Part shown: piece by piece, positions 9,586 through 19,919 of the stretch
How the letters are laid out: each line of letters starts with the position of its first letter
Numbering within the stretch: the stretch's first letter is position 1
Assembly (NCBI GenBank): GCA_963664435.2
Contig: CAXXKM010000002.1
Coordinates: forward strand, 384,001 to 448,000
Source: Longimicrobiales bacterium
GTDB lineage: Bacteria > Gemmatimonadota > Gemmatimonadetes > Longimicrobiales > Gaopeijiaceae
Length of the DNA stretch: 64,000 nt
Direction: 5' to 3'
Made by a program: the position numbers and the translations under genes
The notes under the pieces: generated by a model
The model's database searches: none
Told to the model about the DNA's origin: nothing
What the model saw: only the letters and a program-made list of their open reading frames with translations

Positions 9586-10614
9586 TCAACTTGCCGCTGG
9601 CCGCACCACCACCGTGAGTTCCACGTCCGCGAACAGGCCGCCGTCGTCGGCTCGGCCGCGCAGGAGGTATGTGCCGGGCTGGTCGAAGGTCACGTTCACA
9701 GTCCAGCGGCCGTCTGCCGGGGGGTCGGGTGGGAACCACAGGGGGGCCCAGGGGGAGTTGGCGCCGGTGCGCGTGTCCTCCCACACCTTCACCTGGGGTG
9801 GGTCGAAGGAGACGCCGCCCTCGCCACGGTAGAGGAACCACGACATGAACAAGCCGTTGACCTTCTGCACGGTGACGCGGCTGGGGGGCGCGAGCTGTCG
9901 GCGGCTGAAGGTCGGGGGCGCGCTTGCGATCGAGTCGGCGCGCGCGGAGTCCTCCGCGGTCTCGGGGGGCGGGGGTACCCGCCGGCGGCGGGGGCGCAAC
10001 AGGCCGTCATCTTCGACGAGCACGGTAATGCCGACCGGCCGTCCCACCGACGTCTCGCGGACATCAGGGCCTTCCAGCGTGATGGTCGGCGGCTGGTTGG
10101 CTCGCATCTCCGGGCTGCTGGAGCCGGCCCCCAGGGCGCCGGTCTCGGACATGACGACCGTGTTGTCCACGATGTAGTCCGGCCGCAGGGTCGCGTAGGC
10201 GCGCTCGGTCGCTCCGTTACTGGTCAGAGTCCACACGAGTTCACGGTCGCCCCAGTCGGGGGGCACCCGAACCTTGAAGACGAAGCGGTTGCGGCGGGGA
10301 AGGAAGTGGGTCGGCTGGCCGCGGTCGGCCGGGCCGGGCGAGAACGCGTTTTCTCCCCCGATCGGCACATCGACTTCCTCGAGCCAGTTCCGGTTCATGT
10401 AGCCGAACAGGAAGTTGAACGAGCCGTCCTCGTTCCGTTCCCAGCCCTCGAACGCCGGAGCCACGTTCTGCCCGCGCGAATAGGTCTGGGCGGCGGAGCC
10501 GTGGGCCCAGACCCCGGCGACGAGCAATAGCGCCCCGAACGGGCGGATTGTCCTGAGTGCGGCGCGGGGTCCCGTCCCGATGCCGCGGGTCAAACGACCC
10601 CGGCAGGTCCTCAT
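9586..10614 (-). CDS. Secreted hypothetical protein with C-terminal Ig/PKD-like segment
   Basis: Signal peptide ending SAAQ; GQNVAPAFEGW..FGYMNRN motif; C-terminal VTFDQPGTYLLR..ADDG; start uncertain. Confidence 0.7.
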   Translation of the reverse strand: MRTCRGRLTRGIGTGPRAALRTIRPFGALLLVAGVWAHGSAAQTYSRGQNVAPAFEGWERNEDGSFNFLFGYMNRNWLEEVDVPIGGENAFSPGPADRGQPTHFLPRRNRFVFKVRVPPDWGDRELVWTLTSNGATERAYATLRPDYIVDNTVVMSETGALGAGSSSPEMRANQPPTITLEGPDVRETSVGRPVGITVLVEDDGLLRPRRRRVPPPPETAEDSARADSIASAPPTFSRRQLAPPSRVTVQKVNGLFMSWFLYRGEGGVSFDPPQVKVWEDTRTGANSPWAPLWFPPDPPADGRWTVNVTFDQPGTYLLRGRADDGGLFADVELTVVVRPAAS

Positions 10615-10630
10615 ACCCACCCTCACGCCG

Positions 10631-12259
10631 TTATCGGTTGCGGGAGCCCGGCGGCGGATTGCCCGTCGATCCGGCTCGTTCGCCACCGGCGGCCGCCGCA
10701 TCCGCATCTGCGTAGTACCGCGGATTGCCGTTTTCCGGAGTGACCATGCACAGCGGGCAGCCGATGACATGGTCGTTGGGACCCAGCCCCAGCCGATCCC
10801 GCCGCCTCGCCATCTCCTCCACGAACTGCTCGTCGGTGAGTTCCACCCGCATCCCGAGATCGATGAACATGTTCGCCACCGAGCGGTTGCCCGAGCCCTG
10901 CCAGTTGCGGGTGTCGGGCACGTTCCGGTTCTCCTCGGAGGTGTCCATGTAGCCGACGATGTGGAGGATCGTCCCCTTGGGCAGCAGTGGCTGGTGATCC
11001 TGGGCGTAGGTGTAGCCGCGCACCCAGTTGTGATCGTAGCCGACGCAGTTGATGGTCTCGACGTTGAAGCCCCAGACCGCCTCGAGGCACATGCGCATCC
11101 CGGGCGCGTGCAGGTGGGGCTCGAAGGTGACGATCTTGGTGTGCTGGTTCAGGACGCGGTACGCGTGCAGCTCCTGTCCCGACTCCCCGGCCCGGATGTC
11201 GATGTCGCTCCCGTTGCCGAGTCCGAAGCTGGCCCGCCCGTACCGGGGCTCGTAGTCCGGGGGATGGAACCGGAAGCCGATCTCCAGGTGGGCGCGGGTA
11301 TCGCGACCGTTGGAATGAAGATGCACCGAGTTGGAGACGACCGCCGACCCGGCGCGAAGGAGGCGGCCCGCGTCCTCGTCGAAAATGTCGGGTTCGCGCC
11401 CAACCTCGTGCACCGGCCAGCCGACGTCGGTGGAAGCCCGCTCGGCGCCGACCCCCGATTCCCTGCCCTCGAGCACGCGCGTGCTCCAGATCATGTGGTG
11501 CACCACGAACCGCCCGCCGACCGTGTGGCGACCCTCGTGTTCGGCACCGGTCCGCGTCGATGGCACGTCGTTGACTTCGCGGATCTCGACGGACTTCACG
11601 TACCGGTCCTCGGTGAGGCCGATCGGGGCGCTCTCGATCTCGCCCCACCAGTCGGGCGCGTCCCCCTCCACCAGCACCTCGGGCAGGCGCACGATGAGGT
11701 CGGGTTCGCCTGCGGTCCACACGATTTCGTCGTCGAACTCGAGGGGCGGCGGCATGTCCGCCGGATCACCCTCCGGGGCTCCCGCCTGATACCAGGCGTC
11801 GATCGTGGCGATCTCGCGGTCGTCGAGCGACATGTCGTCCTTGAAGTGCTGGATGCCGATGTCCTTTTCGACGTACCACGGCGGCATGGCCCCCGCGCGA
11901 TCACGAATCCGGGTCCGTTCGGCGATGCGGCGGGCATAACGGCGCACATCCTGGTAGGTCGCCAGGGACATCGGCGCCACGCCGTTGTCCCGGTGGCAGC
12001 GGATGCAGGCGCGCTGCAGGATGAGCGCGATGTCCCGGCTGAAGGTGACGTCGCCGAGCGCCGGCCCGCCGGCCGGTGGGGGTGCGCCCTGTGCCGCCAG
12101 CCCCGATGCCGCGAGAAGCGCCAGGACGATGCCGGACATCGCGCCGGCCAGCGCCGCACCGATTGTCGCGGCCGCCCGTCCACGCGCCAACTTCATGCCG
12201 GCCTCGCAATCGGGACCCGGGGCCTTCGTTCCAATCGCCATGGTCGCTCCCTCCCTCAC
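10631..12259 (-). CDS. Exported cytochrome c (CxxCH) fused to a type II copper monooxygenase-like (PHM/DbH-like) domain
   Basis: CIRCH heme motif; VHHM, VHLH, PHLH and a late Met (ANMF) match the order of PHM copper ligands. Confidence 0.65.
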   Translation of the reverse strand: MREGATMAIGTKAPGPDCEAGMKLARGRAAATIGAALAGAMSGIVLALLAASGLAAQGAPPPAGGPALGDVTFSRDIALILQRACIRCHRDNGVAPMSLATYQDVRRYARRIAERTRIRDRAGAMPPWYVEKDIGIQHFKDDMSLDDREIATIDAWYQAGAPEGDPADMPPPLEFDDEIVWTAGEPDLIVRLPEVLVEGDAPDWWGEIESAPIGLTEDRYVKSVEIREVNDVPSTRTGAEHEGRHTVGGRFVVHHMIWSTRVLEGRESGVGAERASTDVGWPVHEVGREPDIFDEDAGRLLRAGSAVVSNSVHLHSNGRDTRAHLEIGFRFHPPDYEPRYGRASFGLGNGSDIDIRAGESGQELHAYRVLNQHTKIVTFEPHLHAPGMRMCLEAVWGFNVETINCVGYDHNWVRGYTYAQDHQPLLPKGTILHIVGYMDTSEENRNVPDTRNWQGSGNRSVANMFIDLGMRVELTDEQFVEEMARRRDRLGLGPNDHVIGCPLCMVTPENGNPRYYADADAAAAGGERAGSTGNPPPGSRNR

Positions 12260-13545
12260 CGTTCGACGGTCGCGCCGACCAGCTGTGCGATCGCCGCGAG
12301 CGTGGTCTGCGCGGCGTTCAGCCCGAGCCGGAAATCATCGTCCGTGTAGGTGGTCCAGACGTCGGTTGGCTGGTGCCAGTTCGGGTTCCAGCCGGCGCCC
12401 ACCTGCGCCCCCCTCTCGTTCTCGCGCAGGCTGATCGCGGGAACGAGGTGCATGAAGGGGGTCGAGTCGGTGTTGGTCATGTGCGGACCGACGGTGGCGG
12501 GATAGTCGGTCGCGTACTGCTCGTTGGCGGCCTTGAAGAAAAACGCCAGCTCCATGGCCTCGGTCGCCCGCTCGGCGTTGGACTGGAACTCGATGTTGAC
12601 ATCGGCCTCCGGACGCTGATCCCGGCTTACCCGTCCGTCGGGGCCCGGCGCTCCGTGGTCCCAGAGCATCATGTCGTGCTGGATCATCCCAAGCCAGCGC
12701 GGCTCGGGATACCTGCCCGACCCGGGCGGATCCTCCAGACCCTGCAGCGCCTCGCGCTGCTCCACATATGCGCGCGCGCCGTTCAGGCCGGTCTCCTCGT
12801 TGTTCCAGAGGACGAAGCGAATCGAGCGTTCCGTCTCGACATCCGGGGAGCTGAACACGCGCGCGAGCTCCATCACCAGCGCGGTCCCGGATCCGTCGTC
12901 GTCCACGGCCTCGTTGACCCCGTGCCCATCCATGTGCGCTCCGATGATGTACATCTCGTCGGGACGGGTCGCACCGACCTTGGTGCAGTAGACCTGCGAC
13001 CGGTCCCCGTCCACCGGCTCCTCGCGGTTCAGCTCGCGGATGCGCTCGTCGGGCTGCGCCATCGGATCGCGGTTCACGCCGGTGCGGGCCCGGTAGCCGA
13101 AGATGACGCTGCCTCCGGGACCGGGGCCGCGTCGGCCGACGTCGCCTCCGGTCGCGGTGGCCGTATTCTCGTTAGGCGGCGGTGGAGGCGGCCGGGGCCC
13201 GGGGGTGGCGAAGGAACGCCGCGGCTGCGCGCCCGCGGGCGGATACTGGTAGTGGACGCGTTCGGTGCTGGTGCAGCCGAAGTCCTGCAGGGTGGCCTCG
13301 ATCCAGTCGACGGCATCGCGGTTGCGCTGCGTGCCCTGCCGGCGGTCGCCGAACCGGGTAAGACCCTTGAGCGTGGCCTTATAGTCTTCCAGGGTGAGGC
13401 GCGAGACCAGTTCGCGAGCGGGATCGTCCGCTTCCTGTCCGTCCGGTTGTTGAGCTTCGCCCGGCGCGACGCCCGCGCTGGCACCGAGAACCGCGGCGAA
13501 CAACCAGAGGACCGGAACGGTGACTGCTGAAACTCCCCTGCGCAT
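12256..13545 (-). CDS. M28 family metallopeptidase, exported
   Basis: IIGAHMD, DDDGSG, NNEETGL, TDSTPF, WHQPTD motifs; signal peptide. Confidence 0.9.
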   Translation of the reverse strand: MRRGVSAVTVPVLWLFAAVLGASAGVAPGEAQQPDGQEADDPARELVSRLTLEDYKATLKGLTRFGDRRQGTQRNRDAVDWIEATLQDFGCTSTERVHYQYPPAGAQPRRSFATPGPRPPPPPPNENTATATGGDVGRRGPGPGGSVIFGYRARTGVNRDPMAQPDERIRELNREEPVDGDRSQVYCTKVGATRPDEMYIIGAHMDGHGVNEAVDDDGSGTALVMELARVFSSPDVETERSIRFVLWNNEETGLNGARAYVEQREALQGLEDPPGSGRYPEPRWLGMIQHDMMLWDHGAPGPDGRVSRDQRPEADVNIEFQSNAERATEAMELAFFFKAANEQYATDYPATVGPHMTNTDSTPFMHLVPAISLRENERGAQVGAGWNPNWHQPTDVWTTYTDDDFRLGLNAAQTTLAAIAQLVGATVER

Positions 13546-13765
13546 CGAGACCTCCGCGGGTATGATCGGACGGCTCTACGGCCACCGTCGCTGAACTGGC
13601 AGAATCGGCAGTGGATACGGTAGATCCGCGCTGTGGCCAGTGCAACACCCCGGCAACGCGACCCGCCGGCAGGAACACGCCCCATTCCCGGCTGGCGCGA
13701 AACTCACGCCGGCAGGCGGCGATGGCAATCGTATGCGAGGGCAGCCCCAGGGCAGGATGGCCGGG

Positions 13766-14629
13766 CTATGACCTGGTGTCGCCGGCAGGCGCGCGCCCGG
13801 GCTGCGACCGGATGACCTCCTCGACACCGCTCGCGGAAATCCGCTTCCGGGGGTTGCAGATGGCGGCCGCCTCGAGGACGTGCGCCAACTCGCGGACGTT
13901 GCCGGGCCAGGTCTGCCGCATCAGGAGCTCCACGACGCGGATCGGCAGCGTCGTCGTGCGAACCCCGTACCTGGTGACGAGTCTCTCGAGGAGCGCGTGC
14001 GCCAGAACGGGGATATCCTCCGCCCGCTCCCGCAACGGCGGCAGAGCGATGCACAGCACGGCGATCCTGTGGAACAGGTCGGCCCGGAAGCGACCCGCGG
14101 GCACCGCCCTCGACAGGTCGCGCGAGGTCGCGGAAAGCACCCGCACATCCAGCGAGCGGAGCTGCTCGTCCCCCACTCGACGCACTTCGCGGTCCTCCAG
14201 CACGGTCAGCAGCTTCGCCTGCTGCCGCTCCGGGAGCTCCGCGACCTCGTCGAGAAACAGGGTGCCGCCATCCGCAGCCTCGAAGAGCCCGCGCCGGCTC
14301 TCGACCGCACCCGTGAACGCGCCCCGCCGATGACCGAAGAACTCCGTCTCGAACAGGCCCTCGGGGATTCCCGAGCAATTGACGGGCACCAGGGGAGCAC
14401 CGCGCCGTGTGCCGTGCGCGTGGATGAGGCGCGCGGCCAGGCTCTTTCCGGTGCCGGTCTCTCCCGTGATCAGCACCGGGGCGTCCACTCCCGCCGCGCG
14501 GACGATCAGGCGACGCGCATGCTCCATCTGCGGGCTCTCACCCAGCAGCTCCCGCCTGATGCCTTGCGCGGTACTGAGCATCGTCCTCCCCGGGCGCCAC
14601 ACGCGTTGCACGTCGCCATCTTCCCCCAC
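13766..14629 (-). CDS. Sigma-54 enhancer-binding protein, AAA+ domain only
   Basis: [36 protein letters not shown]; no receiver domain and no recognisable C-terminal Fis HTH; start may be ATG near 14581. Confidence 0.85.
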   Translation of the reverse strand: MGEDGDVQRVWRPGRTMLSTAQGIRRELLGESPQMEHARRLIVRAAGVDAPVLITGETGTGKSLAARLIHAHGTRRGAPLVPVNCSGIPEGLFETEFFGHRRGAFTGAVESRRGLFEAADGGTLFLDEVAELPERQQAKLLTVLEDREVRRVGDEQLRSLDVRVLSATSRDLSRAVPAGRFRADLFHRIAVLCIALPPLRERAEDIPVLAHALLERLVTRYGVRTTTLPIRVVELLMRQTWPGNVRELAHVLEAAAICNPRKRISASGVEEVIRSQPGRAPAGDTRS

Positions 14630-14827
14630 AAAGCTCGCTCATCCGGACGGGCGCGGGGATGGCAGTCGGGGATGACCGGACGCGACGCCGGGATACCGGC
14701 GAAGCGGCGCGGCGACTCGTACCGGCTCGGGAACGCGGGGCGACTCAGCGGCCCGCAACGGTCTGGGCGAAATAGAGCGCGGCGGGGCGGGGACATCGCG
14801 ACCGGAGAGACTCCGGAGGCGACGACA

Positions 14828-14858
14828 GGTACGAGGAGGCGCGGTGGCCACTCGTACC
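14828..14858 (-). terminator. Stem-loop just after the infA stop
   Basis: GGTACGAG-N15-CTCGTACC inverted repeat 10 nt downstream of the infA stop. Confidence 0.35.
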
Positions 14859-14868
14859 GGGTCAGGAA

Positions 14869-15084
14869 CTACTTGTACCTGTAGGTGATGCGTCCCTTCG
14901 ACAGGTCGTAGGGAGACATCTCGCACTTGACCCGGTCGCCTTCCAGCACGCGGATGTAGTGCTGGCGCATCTTGCCGGAGAGATATGCGTGGATCTCGTG
15001 TCCGTTTTCGAGACGGACACGGAAGGTCGCATTGGGCAGAACTTCGATTACGGTTCCTTCGATTTCGATTGCATTTTTTGCCAA
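14869..15084 (-). CDS. infA: Translation initiation factor IF-1
   Basis: [59 protein letters not shown] start at 15084. Confidence 0.98.
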   Translation of the reverse strand: MAKNAIEIEGTVIEVLPNATFRVRLENGHEIHAYLSGKMRQHYIRVLEGDRVKCEMSPYDLSKGRITYRYK

Positions 15085-15171
15085 AAGCGGGCCTCTTATC
15101 GTGGCATGGGGGACGGCACTACAGCCAAACCCCGTAACGCGATGCCTGCCGCGCAAGGGGGCCGGGCGGCC

Positions 15172-15366
15172 ATGAGTTTCACACCTGGGGAAGAGCGCCT
15201 CCTCAAGGGGCGCCTGGACGGCGGTGAGGCGCCTCTGTGCCCCCGGTGCCGATCAGCAATGGTTCGGCGCGATGTTCCTCCGCGCTCCGACGTGTCGTAC
15301 GTGCGCGATCGCGTCTGGTTGATGTGCGAGCGTTGCCGGCGCACGGCCGTGCTGGAACGAAGATAA
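15172..15366 (+). CDS. Small zinc-ribbon protein (CPRC...CERC)
   Basis: 64 aa with two CxxC pairs; divergent from infA. Confidence 0.7.
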   Translation: MSFTPGEERLLKGRLDGGEAPLCPRCRSAMVRRDVPPRSDVSYVRDRVWLMCERCRRTAVLERR

Positions 15367-15448
15367 CGGCTCGCGCTCCGCGCTTCGCCTGCGGTACCGA
15401 ACCCGATGGCGTTCCAACTCCAGTCCCGTGCGGGCAACAGCGACAAGG

Positions 15449-17881
15449 CTACAGCCGGAACCGGTAGCTCACCTTCGCGAAGAGGCCGTCCGCCTGGGGC
15501 GCCACGCGCTGGAACCGGAAGGGTCCCGTGTCCTCCATCTCGCGGGTATAGCCCACATACATCACGGTTCCCGGCGAGGGTTCGTAGCTCAGCAGCACCT
15601 CGACGTGGATGTCGTATCCGTCGGACGTCGAAAGCGCGCTGCAGGCATCCCCCGGGCAATACTCGAGCGGCAGCCCGCTCACCGGGTTCAACAGCGATTC
15701 CTGGTCGCGGAGGGCGTACTCGACGATGCTCCGCAGGAACAGCGCCTTGGTGAACTGATACTGGGCCCTGATGCGCGGAATCGTGGCCGAAGAGTAGCGG
15801 CCGCCCCCGCGCTTGCGGATGAGCGTCTCGTGGTTGATTCCGACCTCGGCCTGCAGCGAAGTGAAGGGATAGAGGTTCAGGCTCACGCTCCCGGAATACT
15901 GGTCCGCGGTCTCGATGGGAACATCCAGCGACCGGTAGAACAGCGGCGCCTCGGACCAGCTGAAGCGGATGTTTCCACGCACCTTGCTCCAGGAACTGGC
16001 CATCAGAAAGGCCGTGGCGCCGTACAGGCCCTGGAAGTGCGACTGGCTGACCGACAGCGGGCTCAGGACGTCCTCGCGCTCCCGCGTGAAGAGGCCGTTG
16101 TAATCGCTCTCGGGGAAGAAGAAATCGGTGCGCGTGCCCGTGAGGAAGAGGGTGATGTTGTTGCGGAACGAGGCCGTGCCCGTGAGGCGGATTTCGCTCT
16201 CTTCGGTGCGGCCGCCATCCCAGAACGTGTCATGGTCCCAGAGCGTGCGCACGGACAGCGACGGCCCCCAGCGCTCCACCAGGTCGCCCGGACGTCCGAT
16301 GCTGTTGATCGAAACGTTCCCCTGCATCTGGGTCAGCCCGACGCGCCGAATGAAACCGCTCCGAGCCTCGAACGCGGGCTCGATGTTCTCGAACTCGCCG
16401 TTGAATGAGAACGTGCGCCCGGTGCGCGCGAAGCTTGCCGAGGTCAGCGTTCCCCATTCCGAGCCGCCCTCTCCCTGCCCTCGAACGCTGCCCGCGCCGA
16501 CGAACTGAAAGGTGTAGCGGCCGCCCATCACCAGGCGCGCGTCCGCGCCCATGACCCGGTTGAAGACATCGGTGGAGCGCATGCGGTCGGTGTAGGTCAA
16601 CCCGATGGTCGAACTGGTCCCCAGATCGCGCCGCATGCGCACGAAGTTCACGACGGCGTCGTTCCCGGACAGGTCCGAGGAGACCTGGTCGACCGCTCCC
16701 ATGTAGCCGACGTTGAAGTTGCCCACCTTGCCGGTGATCTTCGCGCCCGCGATCGGATCCACGACCGAGCGGGTGTAGACGAGCTGCTTGGGCAGCTGGA
16801 AGATGTCCATCCCCTCGAGGAAGAACGGACGCTTCTCGGGAAAGAAGAGGGCGAAGCGCTCGTTGACCGCGATCTGCCCCGCATCCGCTTCCACCTGACT
16901 GAAGTCGGGGTTGTAGGTGCCGTCGAGGGTGAGGTTGGACGTAAGCCCGTAGGTTGTGTAGAAGCCGAAGTCGCCGACGGGATCGTCTCGCTGGAAAGCA
17001 TCCGCGTCCGCGTCGTAGGCGCCCAGGCGCTTCCCGGTCACGACGGGGTTCATCTCAAGGAACAGGCCGGGATCGAGTTCCCGCAGATCGTCCAGCGTTC
17101 CGGACTGTTCGAGCTGGTTGGCGAGATCGCGGGAGAGCGGCGCCCACGACTGCTGGTAGCCGGTGCGCTGCACCCGGCGCATGACGTTGATGCCCCAGGA
17201 TTGCATGGCGACGTTCTGGAAGCGGATGCTCTTGAACGGGATGCGCATCTCGACGGTGTATCCCTGGTCGTCCAGGCGACCGTCCGATTCCCAGATGAAG
17301 TCGGGGTTGTAGTCCACCGGCGGAGGCCCGAAGCCGCCGCCGCGGCGCCCGCCTCCACCGCCACCGCCACCACCGCGGCCTCCCCGGCCCCCTCCGCCGC
17401 CGCCCTGGCCACCCTCGACCCAGATGCCGTCCTGCTGCACCCCGTAGGCGTTGACCATGAAGTTGTAGGCGCGCCGCCTGTCGTTGAACGTGTCCAGCAC
17501 GACCCGGATGTAGTCGTCGGCCCGGCCCCAGCTGTCACGCTCGCTGAGGGAGGCTCGCACCCCGCCTGGATCGCTGTCGTAGGCGCGAACCCCGAAGTAG
17601 ATGGCGTCGTCGCTGACCAGGACCAGCGCCTCGGTCGGCTGCACCGCGGGAATGCCCTCGACCGGATCGTACTGGCTGAAATTGCGCAGGAGCGCGGCGC
17701 TCTCCCACGCGGGGTCGTCCAGACGACCGTCGATATTGATGTCGGGGTCCTCGAGCCGCGGGGTCACGACCTCCAGCTGCCCTGCGGAGCCGTCATATTC
17801 CGCCACTGCCGGCGGGCGCTCGGGCACGTCGCCCTGAGCAGGCACGAGGATGGCCTGCACGGCGATCAGCTTGAGAATCAT
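15449..17881 (-). CDS. CBM9-like / DUF5916 outer-membrane protein
   Basis: N-terminal IDGRLDDPAW..YTVEMRIPFKSIRF; NPDFSQVEAD and FFPEKRPFFLEG motifs; C-terminal FAKVSYRFRL. Confidence 0.85.
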   Translation of the reverse strand: MILKLIAVQAILVPAQGDVPERPPAVAEYDGSAGQLEVVTPRLEDPDINIDGRLDDPAWESAALLRNFSQYDPVEGIPAVQPTEALVLVSDDAIYFGVRAYDSDPGGVRASLSERDSWGRADDYIRVVLDTFNDRRRAYNFMVNAYGVQQDGIWVEGGQGGGGGGRGGRGGGGGGGGGRRGGGFGPPPVDYNPDFIWESDGRLDDQGYTVEMRIPFKSIRFQNVAMQSWGINVMRRVQRTGYQQSWAPLSRDLANQLEQSGTLDDLRELDPGLFLEMNPVVTGKRLGAYDADADAFQRDDPVGDFGFYTTYGLTSNLTLDGTYNPDFSQVEADAGQIAVNERFALFFPEKRPFFLEGMDIFQLPKQLVYTRSVVDPIAGAKITGKVGNFNVGYMGAVDQVSSDLSGNDAVVNFVRMRRDLGTSSTIGLTYTDRMRSTDVFNRVMGADARLVMGGRYTFQFVGAGSVRGQGEGGSEWGTLTSASFARTGRTFSFNGEFENIEPAFEARSGFIRRVGLTQMQGNVSINSIGRPGDLVERWGPSLSVRTLWDHDTFWDGGRTEESEIRLTGTASFRNNITLFLTGTRTDFFFPESDYNGLFTREREDVLSPLSVSQSHFQGLYGATAFLMASSWSKVRGNIRFSWSEAPLFYRSLDVPIETADQYSGSVSLNLYPFTSLQAEVGINHETLIRKRGGGRYSSATIPRIRAQYQFTKALFLRSIVEYALRDQESLLNPVSGLPLEYCPGDACSALSTSDGYDIHVEVLLSYEPSPGTVMYVGYTREMEDTGPFRFQRVAPQADGLFAKVSYRFRL

Positions 17882-18100
17882 TCGAGATATAGCCTCTCGG
17901 AAACGGCCTGGCTTGTGGCGGACGCTCCGCGAACGCCGCTTCGAGACGATAGGTCCGCGTACGCGCGCAAGCTCGGTAACCTAACTCTCAGGACACGCAG
18001 CCGGAAAGCAGTGTTGACACGCCGGCACCAGTGTGGCTTCATTCTGGTGTCGCGCTCATCCCGGTCCGGGGCGGGCGCGAAAGTGGCAAGCGGACCGTGA

Positions 18101-18173
18101 TGGGGTGTAGCTCAACCGGCAGAGCGCCTGGCTGTTAACCAGGAGGTTGGAGGTTCGAGCCCTCCCGCCCCAG
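18101..18173 (+). tRNA. tRNA-Asn (GTT)
   Basis: Acceptor TGGGGTG/CGCCCCA, anticodon arm CCTGG-CTGTTAA-CCAGG, T-loop GGTTCGAGCC; CCA not encoded. Confidence 0.97.
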
Positions 18174-18263
18174 TGGTCGCGAAAACCCCGGCCGCCAGCG
18201 CAAGGGAGACGGCAAGCGACCGCCTGATGTCTGCGACTTCGCTAGCCTTTCGGGGCCGTTTCC

Positions 18264-19919
18264 TCACCTGGTCTGGAATGTCAACGGAATGGCGATCCAG
18301 ACGGGCACGGGCTCGTCCCCGTCGAGCGCAGGGCTGAACCGAAAGGTGCGGGCAACACGGAGAGCCGCCGAGTCGAGCGCTTCGTGACCGGACGGCTGGG
18401 CGACAAGAACCCTCTGCACTACGCCCTCGGCATCGATGAAGAAGTGCACGTTGACCGTCCCTCCTATTCCCGCGTCCCTGACTATCGGGGGGTATTCTCT
18501 CTCGAGGGCCCGCTGCACCTCCCGCTCGTTCACCAGGTCGGGACGCACCGTGTAGGTAGTGAGCGTCGGCTCCCGCATGAGGTCCGCCAGCGGGTCAGCC
18601 GCGGAGACCGGCTGACCGGCGGGTTCCGTCCGGGCATCCGGATCATTCGGGTCATCGGGCTCATCCTCGTCTGTCTCGCTCCTCTGGAACGTGAGCGGAA
18701 TCGCGGTCCAGACAGGGACCACCTCATCCAGGTTGAGCGCGGGCGTGAACCGAAAAACGCGAGCAACTCTGAGGGCGGCGGAGTCGAGCGCTTCGTGGCC
18801 GGAGGACTCGGCGACGAGGACCGTCTGCACCCGGCCCTCGGTATCGATGAAGAAGTGCACGATGGTGGTGCCGCCGATTCCCTCGTCCCTCAGCCTCGGC
18901 GGATACTCCTCCTCCAGGGCTCCCATGACCTCTCGCTCGTTCACCAGATCCGGACGCACCGTGTAGGGGGTGAAGGTTGGTTCGGCCATGAGGTCGACGA
19001 GTTCCTCGGGCACGGGTGCGTCCTCGCCGCGAATCCGTGGGAACAGGACCGCCAGAGTCACGATGGCCGCGGCGCCCAACAGGAGAAGCGATACCTGGAT
19101 GCGCCGGGCGCGCGGCATCTTCTCTACCAGCCCGCGGATGCGACGCTCCAGCTGCGACCGTCCCTCGGACAACGACACGAGCGCCAGACGATGCAGCCCG
19201 TTTCGTCCGGCGCCGACGCGCAGGAGCAGGTTTCCGTAGGCGAGGCGGTGTCCAGGCATCCGGCCCATCACCCTTCGGTCACAGTCCAGTTCGACGGCGA
19301 GATTCAGACGATGGCGCAGCAGCCACAGTGCGGGATTCCAGGGGAAGACGAACAGCGGAAGCGTCATCAGGAAGCGGAGCCGCGCGTCGCCCGCGCGGAT
19401 GTGCTCCTCTTCGTGCGTGAGAATCAGTTCCTGCTCCCTGCGCCCGATCGCCCGCACCCACGCGGGCAGCACGACGCGTGGCCGCAGGAGGCCGACGATG
19501 GTCGGGCCGGTGTCCCGGGACCAGAGAACGGAGCGATGGCCAAGTGAACCGGGCTGCCACGATTTTCCCTCCCGCATCAGGCGCGCGAAGGCGAACAGCA
19601 CCGTCACCATCAGCAGCGAGGAGAGCACCGCCCAGCCCAGCAGAAGCAGGTCGTCGAAGGAGCGGAGCATCGAGTCGCGGGCGACCGTCACCGTCAGCGG
19701 CTCGAGCAGTGGAGGCGCGTACCCCGGTGGAGGAACCGCCTGGTCCGGCGTGCTTCCTGGAATCCGGAGCGCCGACAGGAGGGTCGTCGCCGCACCCGCG
19801 ACGATCCAGACCCATCGCGTCGGACGGCCGCCCAGGGTGAGGAGCCGCTCGGCCGCCAGGCCCGCAACCAGGAACAGCACGCCGATGCCGGCCGACCAGA
19901 GCATCCATGCGGCAATCAT
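18264..19919 (-). CDS. BlaR1-type M56 metallopeptidase with two C-terminal TonB domains
   Basis: TM segments, HEEEH zinc motif, PWNPALW..ELDCD; duplicated YPP..GIGG..VHFFID.EG..SGHEALDSAAL TonB_C domains. Confidence 0.9.
   Translation of the reverse strand: MIAAWMLWSAGIGVLFLVAGLAAERLLTLGGRPTRWVWIVAGAATTLLSALRIPGSTPDQAVPPPGYAPPLLEPLTVTVARDSMLRSFDDLLLLGWAVLSSLLMVTVLFAFARLMREGKSWQPGSLGHRSVLWSRDTGPTIVGLLRPRVVLPAWVRAIGRREQELILTHEEEHIRAGDARLRFLMTLPLFVFPWNPALWLLRHRLNLAVELDCDRRVMGRMPGHRLAYGNLLLRVGAGRNGLHRLALVSLSEGRSQLERRIRGLVEKMPRARRIQVSLLLLGAAAIVTLAVLFPRIRGEDAPVPEELVDLMAEPTFTPYTVRPDLVNEREVMGALEEEYPPRLRDEGIGGTTIVHFFIDTEGRVQTVLVAESSGHEALDSAALRVARVFRFTPALNLDEVVPVWTAIPLTFQRSETDEDEPDDPNDPDARTEPAGQPVSAADPLADLMREPTLTTYTVRPDLVNEREVQRALEREYPPIVRDAGIGGTVNVHFFIDAEGVVQRVLVAQPSGHEALDSAALRVARTFRFSPALDGDEPVPVWIAIPLTFQTR

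Noticed and set aside
17331..17412. Gly/Arg-rich low-complexity repeat in the DUF5916 gene
   Set aside because: In-frame flexible loop; no sign of a separate element
18014..18045. Sigma-70 promoter for the tRNA (TTGACA...CATTCT)
   Set aside because: Spacer is 20 bp, too long to call with confidence
18101..18173. tRNA-Asn as the island's integration site
   Set aside because: No duplicate of its 3' end was found, and 8 kb of host-like genes separate it from the island
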